From Eubacteriales bacterium (GTDB lineage Bacteria > Bacillota > Clostridia > Oscillospirales > CAG-272), in NCBI GenBank assembly GCA_045632345.1, contig JAZQWM010000018.1:201194-265193 (forward strand): a DNA stretch of 64,000 nt, read 5' to 3'. Under the pieces are notes generated by a model. It made no database searches. It saw only the letters and a list, made by a program, of their open reading frames with translations, and had not been told where the DNA came from. Position numbers and translations under genes: made by a program. Shown here in pieces: positions 46,730 through 56,239 of the stretch (positions are counted from its first letter, which is position 1; each line of letters opens with the position of its first letter).

Positions 46730-47944
46730 TTACTCCGCAATGGTAGAAACGCCATCAAATGAATCGTTGTTGATCATAGCACCTGCGGGAATTGTTACTC
46801 CCTTTTCTACGCACAAGTCGCTACCAATTACTGCAATACCGCTTGCTTCTTCTTTAAATGCGCCTACTGCGGCGTTTTCTGAAACGATACTATTACTGTC
46901 AATAATTGAATAATTTACAACTGCACCCGATTTAATTACAGTACCACTCATTATAACTGAATCCTTAACTACCGCGCCCTTTTCAATAACAACGCTATTT
47001 GAAAGTACACAGTTTTCGATAGTACCCTCAATAACACAACCCTCTGTAACTATTGAATTTGTTACGCATGCTGCATCACCAACAAAGTGAGGTGGTTCAG
47101 CATAGTTTCTTGAGAAAATTCTCCACTTTTTATCATGAATATTAAACTCTGGATTATCTCCTAGAAGGTCCATATTTGCTTCCCATAAGCTATCAATAGT
47201 TCCAACGTCCTTCCAATATCCCTCAAAAGGATAAGCATAAAGCTTCATACCATCGCCTAACATGTTTGGTATAATGTTTTTGCCAAAGTCGTTGCTTGAA
47301 CCAGGAGTATTTTCATCATCAATAAGGTATTTTTCCAAAATTTTTCTGTCGAAAATGTAAATACCCATTGAAGCCTTAGTGCTAGTAGGATTCTTTGGCT
47401 TTTCTTGGAACTCTGTAATCTTGCCTGTTTCATCAGTAACCATAATACCAAATCTGCTTGCTTCGGAAAGCGGAACCTCTAAAACAGCTATTGTACAGTC
47501 TGCCCCAGTCGATTTATGAGCTTCAAGCATAGCATTATAGTCCATTTTATAGATATGGTCGCCTGACAAAATTAAAACGTAATCAGGGTCATATCTCTTA
47601 ATAAAGTTTAGATTTTGATAAATGGCGTTTGCAGTTCCCTTATACCAGTCAGCTCCATTCTTGCCTTGATATGGCGGAAGAACCATAACTCCACCACTCA
47701 TTCTGTCAAGATCCCAAGGCTGACCGTTACCAATGTACTCGTTTAAAACAAGTGGTTGGTATTGTGTAAGTACACCTACCGTATCAATACCGGAATTGAT
47801 ACAATTTGACATAGGAAAGTCAATGATTTTATACTTTCCTCCAAAAGTAACAGCTGGTTTTGCCGTTTTCTCAGTTAAAGCATATAATCTGCTTCCCTGA
47901 CCTCCTGCAAGTAGCATTGCTACACATTCTTTTTTCTTGAACAT
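46730..47944 (-). CDS. glgC: glucose-1-phosphate adenylyltransferase
   Basis: [31 protein letters not shown] motifs. Confidence 0.93.
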   Translation of the reverse strand: MFKKKECVAMLLAGGQGSRLYALTEKTAKPAVTFGGKYKIIDFPMSNCINSGIDTVGVLTQYQPLVLNEYIGNGQPWDLDRMSGGVMVLPPYQGKNGADWYKGTANAIYQNLNFIKRYDPDYVLILSGDHIYKMDYNAMLEAHKSTGADCTIAVLEVPLSEASRFGIMVTDETGKITEFQEKPKNPTSTKASMGIYIFDRKILEKYLIDDENTPGSSNDFGKNIIPNMLGDGMKLYAYPFEGYWKDVGTIDSLWEANMDLLGDNPEFNIHDKKWRIFSRNYAEPPHFVGDAACVTNSIVTEGCVIEGTIENCVLSNSVVIEKGAVVKDSVIMSGTVIKSGAVVNYSIIDSNSIVSENAAVGAFKEEASGIAVIGSDLCVEKGVTIPAGAMINNDSFDGVSTIAE

Positions 47945-47949
47945 AGCCT

Positions 47950-49935
47950 TTATACTCTCCTTACCCTTCCGTTAACCTTGCGTAATATTATTCCGCTCAG
48001 TGGTGGAAGATTAATATTTACATAGTTTTTAATTTCGCCCTCATAATCGGTCTCTTTGAAAGTTTTAATTACACCGTTATTTACATTTCCGTTTCCGCCA
48101 AATTGAAATTCATCTGAGTTTAATACCTCACGGTAATTTCCCGGCTGGCTAACGTTTATTCTATAATTTTCACGTTTTACAGGCGAAAAATTTATAACAA
48201 CAATCAATTCAGATAAGTCAATTGCTTTTCTTTTGTATGAAATTACGTTTATGTCGCTTTGAGAATGCTCAATCCATTCGTATCCATCGTATGAGTTATC
48301 AATTTCCCACAATTCCTTGTTGTCTAGATAAAAATTATTTAGATAAGAAACGAACCGCTGCATTTCCGCATGTCTTGGATAATCAATCATGAACCATTCA
48401 AGCTGATTTTCATAATCCCATTCTCTAAACTGAGCAAATTCCGTTCCCATAAAGGTCATTTTTTTACCCGGCATAGTCATCATGTAAGTTAAAAACGTAC
48501 GCATAGTCGAAAACTTTTCATCATAAGAGCCATACATTTTGTCAATTATTGATTTTTTGCCGTGTACCACCTCATCATGAGAAATCGGTGTAATATAGTT
48601 TTCATTAAATAGGTACATAAGTGGGAATGTAAGTTTGTCATGCTTATCTTTTCTAAACAAAGGGTCAGTTTCAACGTACTCATAAACATCATTTGCCCAG
48701 CCCATATTCCACTTATAGTTAAATCCAAGTCCGCCAAGAAAAATAGGCTTAGTAATCATTTGCCAGTCCGCAGATTCCTCAGCAATCATAAGCGCATCAC
48801 CAAACTCGGAAAATACCGCCATATTGAGCTTTTTGAAGAAAGCAATAGCTTCTTTGTTCTTATTATCGCCATCCTCATTAGGAATCCATTCTCCCGGCTC
48901 CCTATCATAATCAAGATATAGCATTGAGGCAACAGCGTCTATTCTAAGACCGTCAGCATGGTATTTTCTCAACCAAAACAAGGCGTTGGATATAAGGAAA
49001 GATTGCACTTCTTCTCTACCTACGTCAAAAAATCTAGTGCCCCAAACCTTATGCTCCATACGGTCTTTTCCTTGGTATTCATAAAGTGGTTGTCCATCAA
49101 ATTCATATAGTCCATGAGCGTCCTTGGGAAAATGAGCAGGTACCCAGTCAAGAATAACACCAATACCGCATTCATGCATTTTATTCATAAAATACATAAA
49201 ATCTTTAGGTGTACCAAATCGTGAAGTAGGCGCATAATAACTGCAAACCTGATATCCCCAAGAGCCATCATAAGGATGCTCCATTATCGGCATTAATTCA
49301 ACGTGAGTATATCCCATTCTTTTAACGTACGGTGCTAACTCATCAGCTATTTCTCTATAATTTAAGTAATGATTACCATCTATGTTGCTTTTTCCGTCTC
49401 TTGTTTTCCAAGAACCAAGATGAATCTCATAAATATTTACAGGGGATGAATTGTAGTACTTTTCTCCGTCAGTTCCGCTATTTTTAGAAAATTGTGATTT
49501 TCTATACTTCATCCAATTATCATCTGACCAATTAAAACCGTCTATATTTGCAACGATTGAAGCTGTATTCATGTGTGTTTGAGAATAAAATGCAAATGGA
49601 TCAGCCTTGTAAAAACAATTTTCTTTATTCCAAATTTTATATTTATAGAACCTTCCAATAAGTCTGTCATATGAAATAATTTTAGCTTCCCAAATTCCGC
49701 CATCACTAATTTTAGTCATTTCCTTGCCAATATCCCATGACGTAAAATCCGATACCAGCCTTACGCTATCAGCATTAGGTGCCCAAACTCTAAACGTGTA
49801 CTCATAACAACCATTTAGTGAAATTTCATGGCAACCTAAATAATCATAAGAATAAAAATTTGTACCCTGATGAAAATAATATGCTGCGGCGTCATTATTT
49901 ATCATTTTTCTTTTCAAATTTTTATCTCCTTCCAA
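47950..49935 (-). CDS. glgB: 1,4-alpha-glucan branching enzyme
   Basis: GH13 branching-enzyme motifs [22 protein letters not shown]. Start uncertain: the track TTG at 49935 overlaps GGAG, and TTG 49917 or ATG 49905 are alternatives. Confidence 0.92.
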   Translation of the reverse strand: MEGDKNLKRKMINNDAAAYYFHQGTNFYSYDYLGCHEISLNGCYEYTFRVWAPNADSVRLVSDFTSWDIGKEMTKISDGGIWEAKIISYDRLIGRFYKYKIWNKENCFYKADPFAFYSQTHMNTASIVANIDGFNWSDDNWMKYRKSQFSKNSGTDGEKYYNSSPVNIYEIHLGSWKTRDGKSNIDGNHYLNYREIADELAPYVKRMGYTHVELMPIMEHPYDGSWGYQVCSYYAPTSRFGTPKDFMYFMNKMHECGIGVILDWVPAHFPKDAHGLYEFDGQPLYEYQGKDRMEHKVWGTRFFDVGREEVQSFLISNALFWLRKYHADGLRIDAVASMLYLDYDREPGEWIPNEDGDNKNKEAIAFFKKLNMAVFSEFGDALMIAEESADWQMITKPIFLGGLGFNYKWNMGWANDVYEYVETDPLFRKDKHDKLTFPLMYLFNENYITPISHDEVVHGKKSIIDKMYGSYDEKFSTMRTFLTYMMTMPGKKMTFMGTEFAQFREWDYENQLEWFMIDYPRHAEMQRFVSYLNNFYLDNKELWEIDNSYDGYEWIEHSQSDINVISYKRKAIDLSELIVVINFSPVKRENYRINVSQPGNYREVLNSDEFQFGGNGNVNNGVIKTFKETDYEGEIKNYVNINLPPLSGIILRKVNGRVRRV

Positions 49936-49958
49936 TAGATAGACTTCTTCTAAATAAT

Positions 49959-49987
49959 ATTATAATCTATTAAATTTAATATTTCAA
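49959..49987 (-). promoter_or_regulatory. sigma-A-type promoter of the glycogen operon
   Basis: Reverse strand TTGAAA (49987-49982), 17 nt, TATAAT (49964-49959). A second, weaker TTGAAA/TAAAAT pair lies just upstream. Confidence 0.55.
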
Positions 49988-50035
49988 TACCAAATTTTAC
50001 ACAAAATTCAAAAATTTTCAACAAAATAAAAATAA

Positions 50036-50055
50036 AAGCCCGAAAGTTCGAGCTT
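50036..50055 (-). terminator. GNAT gene terminator
   Basis: Reverse strand AAGCTCG-AACTTT-CGGGCTT (one G-U pair), then TTATTTTTATTTT. Confidence 0.55.
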
Positions 50056-50633
50056 TATTTCTTATAGTATTCTCTTTTTAAAATTGATGCTACGCCAATA
50101 GTTTTAAACTTACCCTTTGCAAATATAGCATCACGCTGGTAGCCCTCAAAAGTCATTCCTACCTTTTTCATAACAGAAAGACTTGCATCGTTTCCGAACA
50201 TAAATCTTGCTTCAACTCTGTTCACGTCAAGCTCAGAAAAAGCAAATTCTAAAATTTTCTTTACAGCCTCTGTGGCATAACCGTTTCCCCAAAAATCTGG
50301 ATTTAAAACGTATCCGATTTCAACAGTCTTATTATCATCATCAATACGGGTAAATCCACATGTTCCTATCATCTTGTTTGTGTTTTTTAAAATAATAGCC
50401 CAATCTTGATATTCTCCCGATTTATATTTAGAAAGAATTATATCAATAAACTCTTGAGTTGTATATTTGCTTGAATGAGGCGACCATAATAGGAATTCAG
50501 AGGTTTTCGGATTTTTAGAATATTCATATACATCGTCTATATCGGATCTTTTTATAGCTCTGAATTTTAGACGTTCAGATTCCAGCCTTGGCATATTCCC
50601 GCCAAACAGTCTTGTAAAAAAATTTAATTTCAT
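50055..50633 (-). CDS. GNAT N-acetyltransferase (RimJ/RimL-like)
   Basis: LRAIKRSDIDDVYEY, GTCGF, GYATEA acetyl-CoA region. GGAG 7 nt before ATG 50633. Confidence 0.8.
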   Translation of the reverse strand: MKLNFFTRLFGGNMPRLESERLKFRAIKRSDIDDVYEYSKNPKTSEFLLWSPHSSKYTTQEFIDIILSKYKSGEYQDWAIILKNTNKMIGTCGFTRIDDDNKTVEIGYVLNPDFWGNGYATEAVKKILEFAFSELDVNRVEARFMFGNDASLSVMKKVGMTFEGYQRDAIFAKGKFKTIGVASILKREYYKK

Positions 50634-50664
50634 TATTTTCTCCAACGCACGTTTTATACAACTG

Positions 50665-50693
50665 ATTATATCTCATATTACAAGCTTAGTCAA
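50665..50693 (-). promoter_or_regulatory. sigma-A-type promoter of the GNAT gene
   Basis: Reverse strand TTGACT (50693-50688), 17 nt, TATAAT (50670-50665). Confidence 0.6.
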
Positions 50694-50722
50694 CAATTAT
50701 TTAAAATTAATTAAGTTTTCTA

Positions 50723-50751
50723 TTGATATGAACGTTTTTTTATGTTAAAAT
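50723..50751 (+). promoter_or_regulatory. sigma-A-type promoter of proC and the DUF624-like gene
   Basis: TTGATA (50723-50728), 17 nt, TGt-TAAAAT (50746-50751). Confidence 0.55.
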
Positions 50752-50779
50752 AAATCTAAGTTTTTTAAGGAAGTGTATT

Positions 50780-51583
50780 ATGAAAAAAATTGCTTTTATA
50801 GGTGCCGGTAATATGGCATCAGCCATTGTTGGTGGAATCTTATCATCAAATATCTCAAACCCATGCGATATAGCACTATACGATAAAAATCCACAACAGT
50901 TTTCTAAATTTAATAGCGACTGTTATCATGCTTCGTCCGTAGATGATGCATTAAATCGCTCGGATTTTGTTTTTTTATCAGTTAAGCCTCAAAACATAAA
51001 AGACGTTTTAAACGAAATTAAATGCTGTGAAAACATTAACGATAAAATTTTCGTTTCTATCTGTGCTGGCATTACGATTGAATCAATCGAAAAAGTATTA
51101 GGCAAGGTAAAAATAGCAAGAGCTATGCCAAATACACCGTTACTTATCGGTCAAGGTACTACCGGCCTTTGCAAAAACAGCCTCATAAATGATGAAGAAT
51201 TCAAAACTGTATATGAAATTTTTTCTTCATCTGGTTTCGTTGCGATAGTTGATGAAAGCGATATAAATAACGTTACAGCGCTTACAGGTAGCTCTCCTGC
51301 TTACGTTTATTTATTTGTTAAAGCATTAGTTGAAGGTGCTGAAAAGCTTGGATTTAATAACGAAAATGCTACAAAAATGGTATGTAACACGTTAATCGGC
51401 TCAGCAAATATGATTTTAAATAGCGATTTAAGCATTGATGATTTAATTAAAATGGTAACGTCTCCCAAGGGTACAACTGAAAAGGCATTAACTGAATTCA
51501 ACAACAATAATTTTTGTGAAATCGTTTATAAGGCTATGAAGTCATGTGCAGATAGAGCTGATGAATTATCAAAATTAAATTGA
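50780..51583 (+). CDS. proC: pyrroline-5-carboxylate reductase
   Basis: IAFIGAGNMASAI Rossmann motif, RAMPNTP, SPKGTTE. Confidence 0.9.
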   Translation: MKKIAFIGAGNMASAIVGGILSSNISNPCDIALYDKNPQQFSKFNSDCYHASSVDDALNRSDFVFLSVKPQNIKDVLNEIKCCENINDKIFVSICAGITIESIEKVLGKVKIARAMPNTPLLIGQGTTGLCKNSLINDEEFKTVYEIFSSSGFVAIVDESDINNVTALTGSSPAYVYLFVKALVEGAEKLGFNNENATKMVCNTLIGSANMILNSDLSIDDLIKMVTSPKGTTEKALTEFNNNNFCEIVYKAMKSCADRADELSKLN

Positions 51584-51593
51584 GGATATTGTA

Positions 51594-52559
51594 ATGAACG
51601 AAAAGAAACGTTTTAACATATTTGATTGGTATTTTAAAGGCGCAAACAAAGATAATGATAAATTAGATATAAACGCCCTTGAAAAGCCGACAGTTGCTAA
51701 CTTTTTTAAAGTTTTATGGAAGAAATTGGGTAAACTATTAAGTACAAATTTAATATTTATATTTGGTAATTTTCCTGTGTTTTTCTTTATGTTAGCTTTA
51801 TCCGGTATATTAAGCGAAACCGCCTCTGCTCCACTATATCACTCTTGGGGGCCTCTTTACGGCGCATCAAAATTCGCTGAAAGTACTGAAATCTCAGCTT
51901 TAGCTGGCTTGTTTGGTGTTCACACGGAAACAACCGTTATTAACACACCTACAATTATCTTTTTTTCGCTTGGTGCGTTAATAATTTTCACATTAGGATT
52001 TACAAAAATCGGTACGACTTATATTTACAGAAACATGATGAGCGGTGAAGCTATATTCCCTCTTTCCGACTTTTTCTACGTTATAAAGAAAAACGTAAAA
52101 CAATCTTTAATACTAGGAATTATTGACACACTTTTCATCGGAATGTTTGTATATAACATATACGTGTTATCTCATTCATACGGAAATAGTTCAATGGACA
52201 GTATAATGTTTTTCTTTACTATCGCCATGTGCATTGTATATTCTTTCATTAGGCCATATGCATATTTAATGGCGTTTACGTTTGATTTAAAAATCAAGCA
52301 AATCATCAAAAACTCAGTCTTCTTTGTTATTTTAGGAATTAAACGAAATCTCATGGCAATGCTTGGTGTAATTGGTGTTATTTTGCTCAATTATGCATTA
52401 TTTGTTATCTTCATGCCACTTGGTATATTGCTTCCATTCATAATAACAGTTGCGGTTTGTGATTTTATTGGAGTATATGCTGCTTATCCTGTAATTTTGC
52501 AGTACATGCTTGATGAAAAGGACAGAAAAAAAGTCATTTATAGACTTAACAACGATTAG
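51594..52559 (+). CDS. YesL/DUF624-like polytopic membrane protein
   Basis: 321 aa with about six TM helices. The N-terminal region (FFKVLWKKLGKLLSTNLIFIFGNFPVFF) resembles the DUF624 pattern from memory. 10 nt after proC. Confidence 0.5.
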   Translation: MNEKKRFNIFDWYFKGANKDNDKLDINALEKPTVANFFKVLWKKLGKLLSTNLIFIFGNFPVFFFMLALSGILSETASAPLYHSWGPLYGASKFAESTEISALAGLFGVHTETTVINTPTIIFFSLGALIIFTLGFTKIGTTYIYRNMMSGEAIFPLSDFFYVIKKNVKQSLILGIIDTLFIGMFVYNIYVLSHSYGNSSMDSIMFFFTIAMCIVYSFIRPYAYLMAFTFDLKIKQIIKNSVFFVILGIKRNLMAMLGVIGVILLNYALFVIFMPLGILLPFIITVAVCDFIGVYAAYPVILQYMLDEKDRKKVIYRLNND

Positions 52560-52631
52560 TATACAGACGAAGATTATTCTGACCTAAACGAAGAAGATGA
52601 TATCATTCCTGAAAATTAAATATTAAAATGA

Positions 52632-52670
52632 AAGGCATAGTTTCACTAGGAAATTATGCCTTCTATTTTT
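52632..52670 (+). terminator. terminator of proC and the DUF624-like gene
   Basis: AAGGCATAGTTTC-actag-GAAATTATGCCTT (13 bp with one wobble), then CTATTTTT. Confidence 0.65.
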
Positions 52671-52715
52671 AAATTTACAGAGATAAGCTGTATTATTACT
52701 TGTTTTTATAAAAAT

Positions 52716-53417
52716 CTAATCCTGCAAAAGCTGGCTTACTGTAACAAACTCATATCCGTTTTTTAATAACATAGGTATTAAAACTTCTAACGCTTCTATT
52801 GTGTGATTTTCTCCAGATATATAATCATGACAAAGAATTATATCTCCGCCCTTGATATTGCTTGAAACAGTCTTAACAATTTCTTTGGTGGTCATATGAG
52901 CCCAATCATGTGTATCAATATTCCATAAAATTATTTTATAATTCATTTGATTTGCAATTTTAACTAGCGTTTCATCATAAATACCGCACGGTGGCCTTAA
53001 TACCATGGTTTTTATGCCGGTTAAATTCATAATTTCTTCTTCACACTCTCTAATTTCTTCAGCTATTTTATCTTTATCCATAGACTTCAATATTGAATGT
53101 GAGTTTGTATGATTACCTATTTCATGACCTTCATTTGCTGCTCTTTTCAAAGATTCCGAATAATTATCAACGTTAACACCGATAGCAAAAAAAGTAGCTT
53201 TTACATCATATTTTTTTAATAAATCCAAAACCTTAGGAGTAATCTTAGGATGTGGACCATCATCAAAGGTTAAAGCTATTTTATTTTCACTTTTTGCATT
53301 AGAATTATATACCGTTTTATTATCGTTGTACGACATTGACATAATAAATACAGCTATTAAAACTATCAAAACAATCTTTTTTAGCTTAGAACGCACACAA
53401 TTCATCCATATCTCCAA
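52716..53417 (-). CDS. polysaccharide deacetylase (CE4 / NodB domain), exported
   Basis: N-terminal TM/signal segment, ALTFDDGPHP, GNHTNSH, LRPPCG motifs. Confidence 0.85.
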   Translation of the reverse strand: MEIWMNCVRSKLKKIVLIVLIAVFIMSMSYNDNKTVYNSNAKSENKIALTFDDGPHPKITPKVLDLLKKYDVKATFFAIGVNVDNYSESLKRAANEGHEIGNHTNSHSILKSMDKDKIAEEIRECEEEIMNLTGIKTMVLRPPCGIYDETLVKIANQMNYKIILWNIDTHDWAHMTTKEIVKTVSSNIKGGDIILCHDYISGENHTIEALEVLIPMLLKNGYEFVTVSQLLQD

Positions 53418-54162
53418 ATCTAAATCCTTGATTTTTTAATTCCTTAATTAACCTAGACATAATTTCAGCATTAGTAGATGACGTTGGATGAAGTAACATA
53501 ACTTCTCCGTTATGAATATTATTTAAAATTTTGTTAAGCGCATAGTCGCATGATGGTTGATTTTTATTATCCCAATCAGCGTATGCAAATGACCACATAA
53601 TCGTTTTATATCCCAAATCCTGCGCATATTTTAAATTTTCTTCAGTAAATTTTCCTTCAGGCGGCCGATAATATTTGGACATACTAATTCCATAAGTCTT
53701 TTCAAATAACTCTTCTAATGATTTAAGCTCTTTTTCAAAATCGCTGATATTTGTAATTTTGCTCATATCCTTATGCTTTAACGTGTGGTTGGCAACGGTA
53801 TGTCCTTCATCAATCATCCTTTTTACTATATCTTGATTTTTTATAATCATATTATCAAGAATAAAAAACGTTGCACATACGTTTTCTTCCTTCAAAACAT
53901 CAAGAATTTTTGCAATATTGCCGTTTTCATAACCTGCATCAAAAGTTAAGTATACTACCTTATCATTATCATTCATGTCCGTATGGTTTTTATCGCACCA
54001 ATAAACGTCATAATTTTCCGCTAATTTTAAATCATTACCTAGCAAAGGTTGAATATGATCGTTATTTCTTTTACAATACCAAGATAATGCGGATGCACTG
54101 CTACTACACGCAAAAAAACTCAATAAAATGAAAAAACATAATATCGACACAAATTTTTTCAT
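53386..54162 (-). CDS. pdaA: PdaA-like delta-lactam-biosynthetic de-N-acetylase (CE4)
   Basis: Signal peptide, VYLTFDAGYENGNIAKILDVLKEENVCATFF, ANHTLKH, YYRPPEG. This pattern matches sporulation PdaA rather than generic CE4. Confidence 0.75.
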   Translation of the reverse strand: MKKFVSILCFFILLSFFACSSSASALSWYCKRNNDHIQPLLGNDLKLAENYDVYWCDKNHTDMNDNDKVVYLTFDAGYENGNIAKILDVLKEENVCATFFILDNMIIKNQDIVKRMIDEGHTVANHTLKHKDMSKITNISDFEKELKSLEELFEKTYGISMSKYYRPPEGKFTEENLKYAQDLGYKTIMWSFAYADWDNKNQPSCDYALNKILNNIHNGEVMLLHPTSSTNAEIMSRLIKELKNQGFRFGDMDELCAF

Positions 54163-54291
54163 AATTACACCTTCCTTTATAATTTTATTTTTTGATTTAA
54201 AGTAAAATTTAAACTAAAAAACTTTTTCATACTTTGCATTATTTACTCTTTTGATGAAAATAATATAAAAAAACAAAAGGAGTAACAACAC

Positions 54292-54468
54292 ATGAACAAC
54301 AAATCAAAAAACAAAGGCGGAAGTATAATAAAAGGAATGGCTATTGGATTAGCGCTGGGAACGGTGGCAACTATGGTTGTGGCAGGCAATAAAAAAATTT
54401 CTAAAAAAATGCAAAATGCTACTGAAACAATGAGCGACAATATAAACAGCATGATGAATTTTAAATAA
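54292..54468 (+). CDS. 58-aa single-pass membrane peptide
   Basis: Below the track cutoff. AAAAGGAG RBS 9 nt upstream; MNNKSKNKGGSIIKGMAIGLALGTVATMVVAGNKKISKKMQNATETMSDNINSMMNFK. Followed 2 nt later by an 18-bp perfect hairpin terminator. Confidence 0.55.
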   Translation: MNNKSKNKGGSIIKGMAIGLALGTVATMVVAGNKKISKKMQNATETMSDNINSMMNFK

Positions 54469-54470
54469 AA

Positions 54471-54518
54471 TCTTAAAGCGTAAGTCATTCATATGACTTA
54501 CGCTTTAAGATTTTTTAT
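54471..54518 (+). terminator. terminator of the 58-aa peptide gene
   Basis: Perfect 18-bp stem TCTTAAAGCGTAAGTCAT-tcat-ATGACTTACGCTTTAAGA, then TTTTTTAT. Confidence 0.75.
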
Positions 54519-54583
54519 ACATAAATTTTGCACAAACGTATCAAATTTAAAAAGTTATTTACAATATAAATTGTACAAATTAG

Positions 54584-54612
54584 TTGACAAATTTAAATAA
54601 TTATGCTATTAT
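54584..54612 (+). promoter_or_regulatory. sigma-A-type promoter of the VTC/DUF4956 pair
   Basis: TTGACA (54584-54589), 17 nt, TGc-TATTAT (54607-54612). Confidence 0.6.
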
Positions 54613-54638
54613 ATGTATATTATAAAGGGGGGATTTGT

Positions 54639-55457
54639 ATGGCATTTGGTGTAACTTTTAAACGATATGAAAAAAAGTTTTTATTAAATCCAGAGCAATT
54701 TCTCGCTATCAAAGAAGAGGTTGACAAACGTTTTGACCCCGATAAATACGGAGAAACAAAAATTTGTAATATTTATTATGATACTCCAAATTTTATTTTA
54801 ATTAGGCGCTCCGTTGACAAACCCATATTTAAGGAAAAGCTTAGACTTCGTACATATGGCATTCCAAATGATAATACAACAGCGTTTGTTGAAGTAAAAA
54901 GGAAATTCAATAAAATTGTGTATAAAAGAAGAATTCATATGCCATACACTCAATCTATTGATTATCTAAATGGAGCTGAAATTAATTCCAATACACAAAT
55001 TACAAAAGAAATTAATTATTTCCTTAAGCTTTATAGCGGAATTCAACCTCAATTCTACATTTCTTATGACCGCTCTGCTTTCTTTTACAAGGAAAACAGC
55101 GAAATAAGAATAACGTTTGATAAAAACATAACATGGCGCGATTATGATTTAGATTTAAGGCTAGGTTCTTACGGAGAGCAGCTTCTTCCAGATAATTACA
55201 TTATTATGGAAATTAAAGTTCCTAAAATGGCACCGCTATGGTTAGTTCAATTATTATCAAAGTTAAAGGTGTATTCAACTTCTTTTTCAAAGGTTGGTAC
55301 AGCTTACAAAACAAAATTAGCAAAAAAAATAGGAGCAAACCCTATTTCAACAGGTAATCCAAGGCTTCTATTTGAACAACAAATCGCAAATGATGATATG
55401 GATGATTTTGTTGAAGTTAACGTTTCACAGGATTATCCCATAGAAGGAGTAATATAA
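54639..55457 (+). CDS. VTC-domain protein (Vtc4-like / CYTH-type triphosphate tunnel)
   Basis: Ordered motifs FKRYEKKF, LRLRTYG, FVEVKRK, IRITFD, IMEIKV, FSKVG as in the VTC catalytic domain. AAGGGGGG RBS 6 nt before ATG 54639. The track start at 54603 lies just upstream of the promoter -10 element (54607-54612), which therefore falls inside the extension. Confidence 0.8.
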   Translation: MAFGVTFKRYEKKFLLNPEQFLAIKEEVDKRFDPDKYGETKICNIYYDTPNFILIRRSVDKPIFKEKLRLRTYGIPNDNTTAFVEVKRKFNKIVYKRRIHMPYTQSIDYLNGAEINSNTQITKEINYFLKLYSGIQPQFYISYDRSAFFYKENSEIRITFDKNITWRDYDLDLRLGSYGEQLLPDNYIIMEIKVPKMAPLWLVQLLSKLKVYSTSFSKVGTAYKTKLAKKIGANPISTGNPRLLFEQQIANDDMDDFVEVNVSQDYPIEGVI

Positions 55458-56164
55458 TGTTAGATTGGTTAGTAAAAAGTATTTTTAAAGAAGACTACAA
55501 CGATTACGGCGAAGTAGTTACATTTATTGAACCCTGGATGTTCTTTGCTTGTGTAGGCGTTGCAATAGCGTTAGGCTTGATTGCAGCACTCTGCTACATG
55601 TATAAAAACCAATACTCTAAGACATTGGTAATTACTCTTGCGATTTTACCACCAATCGTTTGTGTACTTATCATGTTAGTTAGTGGTAGTCTTGGTGCTG
55701 CTGTTGCTGTTGGTGGTGTATTTGCACTTACAAGATTCCGTTCAGCAACTGGCTCTGCAAAAGAAATCGCTCAAATTTTCCTCGCAATGGCGGTTGGTTT
55801 AACAACAGGTCTTGGTTGCATATACATTGCAATTATTCTTGTTGTAACCATTGAAGCTATGTTAATTATTTTCACTTTAACAAAGTTTGGTGATTCTAAT
55901 CCTAAACGTAGAACGTTAAAGGTATCTATCCCTGAAGAGCTTGATTACACAGATATATTTGATGATTTATTTGAAAAATATACTAATAATAGCACTTTAA
56001 TCAAGGTAAAGCTTAAGAATTTAGGAACAATCTTCCAACTTACATATGATATTCAATTAAAGGATGCTAAGGACGAAAAGAAATTTATTGATGAAATCAG
56101 AGAAAGAAATGCAAATTTAGATATTCTCTGCTCAAGACAAATCACAAATTCAGACGAATTATAA
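55457..56164 (+). CDS. DUF4956-like membrane protein, partner of the VTC-domain gene
   Basis: About five TM helices then a ~90 aa soluble tail. TAATG stop/start overlap with the VTC gene; GAAGGAG RBS. Family call from memory of the usual VTC+DUF4956 pairing. Confidence 0.65.
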   Translation: MLDWLVKSIFKEDYNDYGEVVTFIEPWMFFACVGVAIALGLIAALCYMYKNQYSKTLVITLAILPPIVCVLIMLVSGSLGAAVAVGGVFALTRFRSATGSAKEIAQIFLAMAVGLTTGLGCIYIAIILVVTIEAMLIIFTLTKFGDSNPKRRTLKVSIPEELDYTDIFDDLFEKYTNNSTLIKVKLKNLGTIFQLTYDIQLKDAKDEKKFIDEIRERNANLDILCSRQITNSDEL

Positions 56165-56170
56165 TATTAG

Positions 56171-56205
56171 AAGGGTTTCTTAATAAAGAAACCCTTTCTT
56201 TTTTA
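56171..56205 (+). terminator. terminator of the VTC/DUF4956 pair
   Basis: AAGGGTTTCT-taataa-AGAAACCCTT, then TCTTTTTTAT. Confidence 0.7.
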
Positions 56206-56207
56206 TA

Positions 56208-56236
56208 AAAAGCCTGTCGTTGGAACGACAGGCTTT
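56208..56236 (-). terminator. lipoprotein gene terminator
   Basis: Reverse strand AAAGCCTGTCGT-tcca-ACGACAGGCTTT, then TTATAAAAAAG. Confidence 0.65.
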
Positions 56237-56239
56237 CAT

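Noticed and set aside
54243-54488. 81-aa minus-strand ORF from the track
   Set aside because: It begins inside the 18-bp terminator stem and is antisense to a plus-strand 58-aa gene that has a strong RBS and a terminator. I saw no promoter or RBS on the minus strand.
54561-54574. Inverted repeat ACAAT-ataa-ATTGT just upstream of the VTC promoter as an operator or Pho box
   Set aside because: It has only 5-bp arms in very AT-rich DNA. TTnACA-like hexamers nearby are not spaced at the 11-bp Pho-box period. This is indistinguishable from chance without comparative data.
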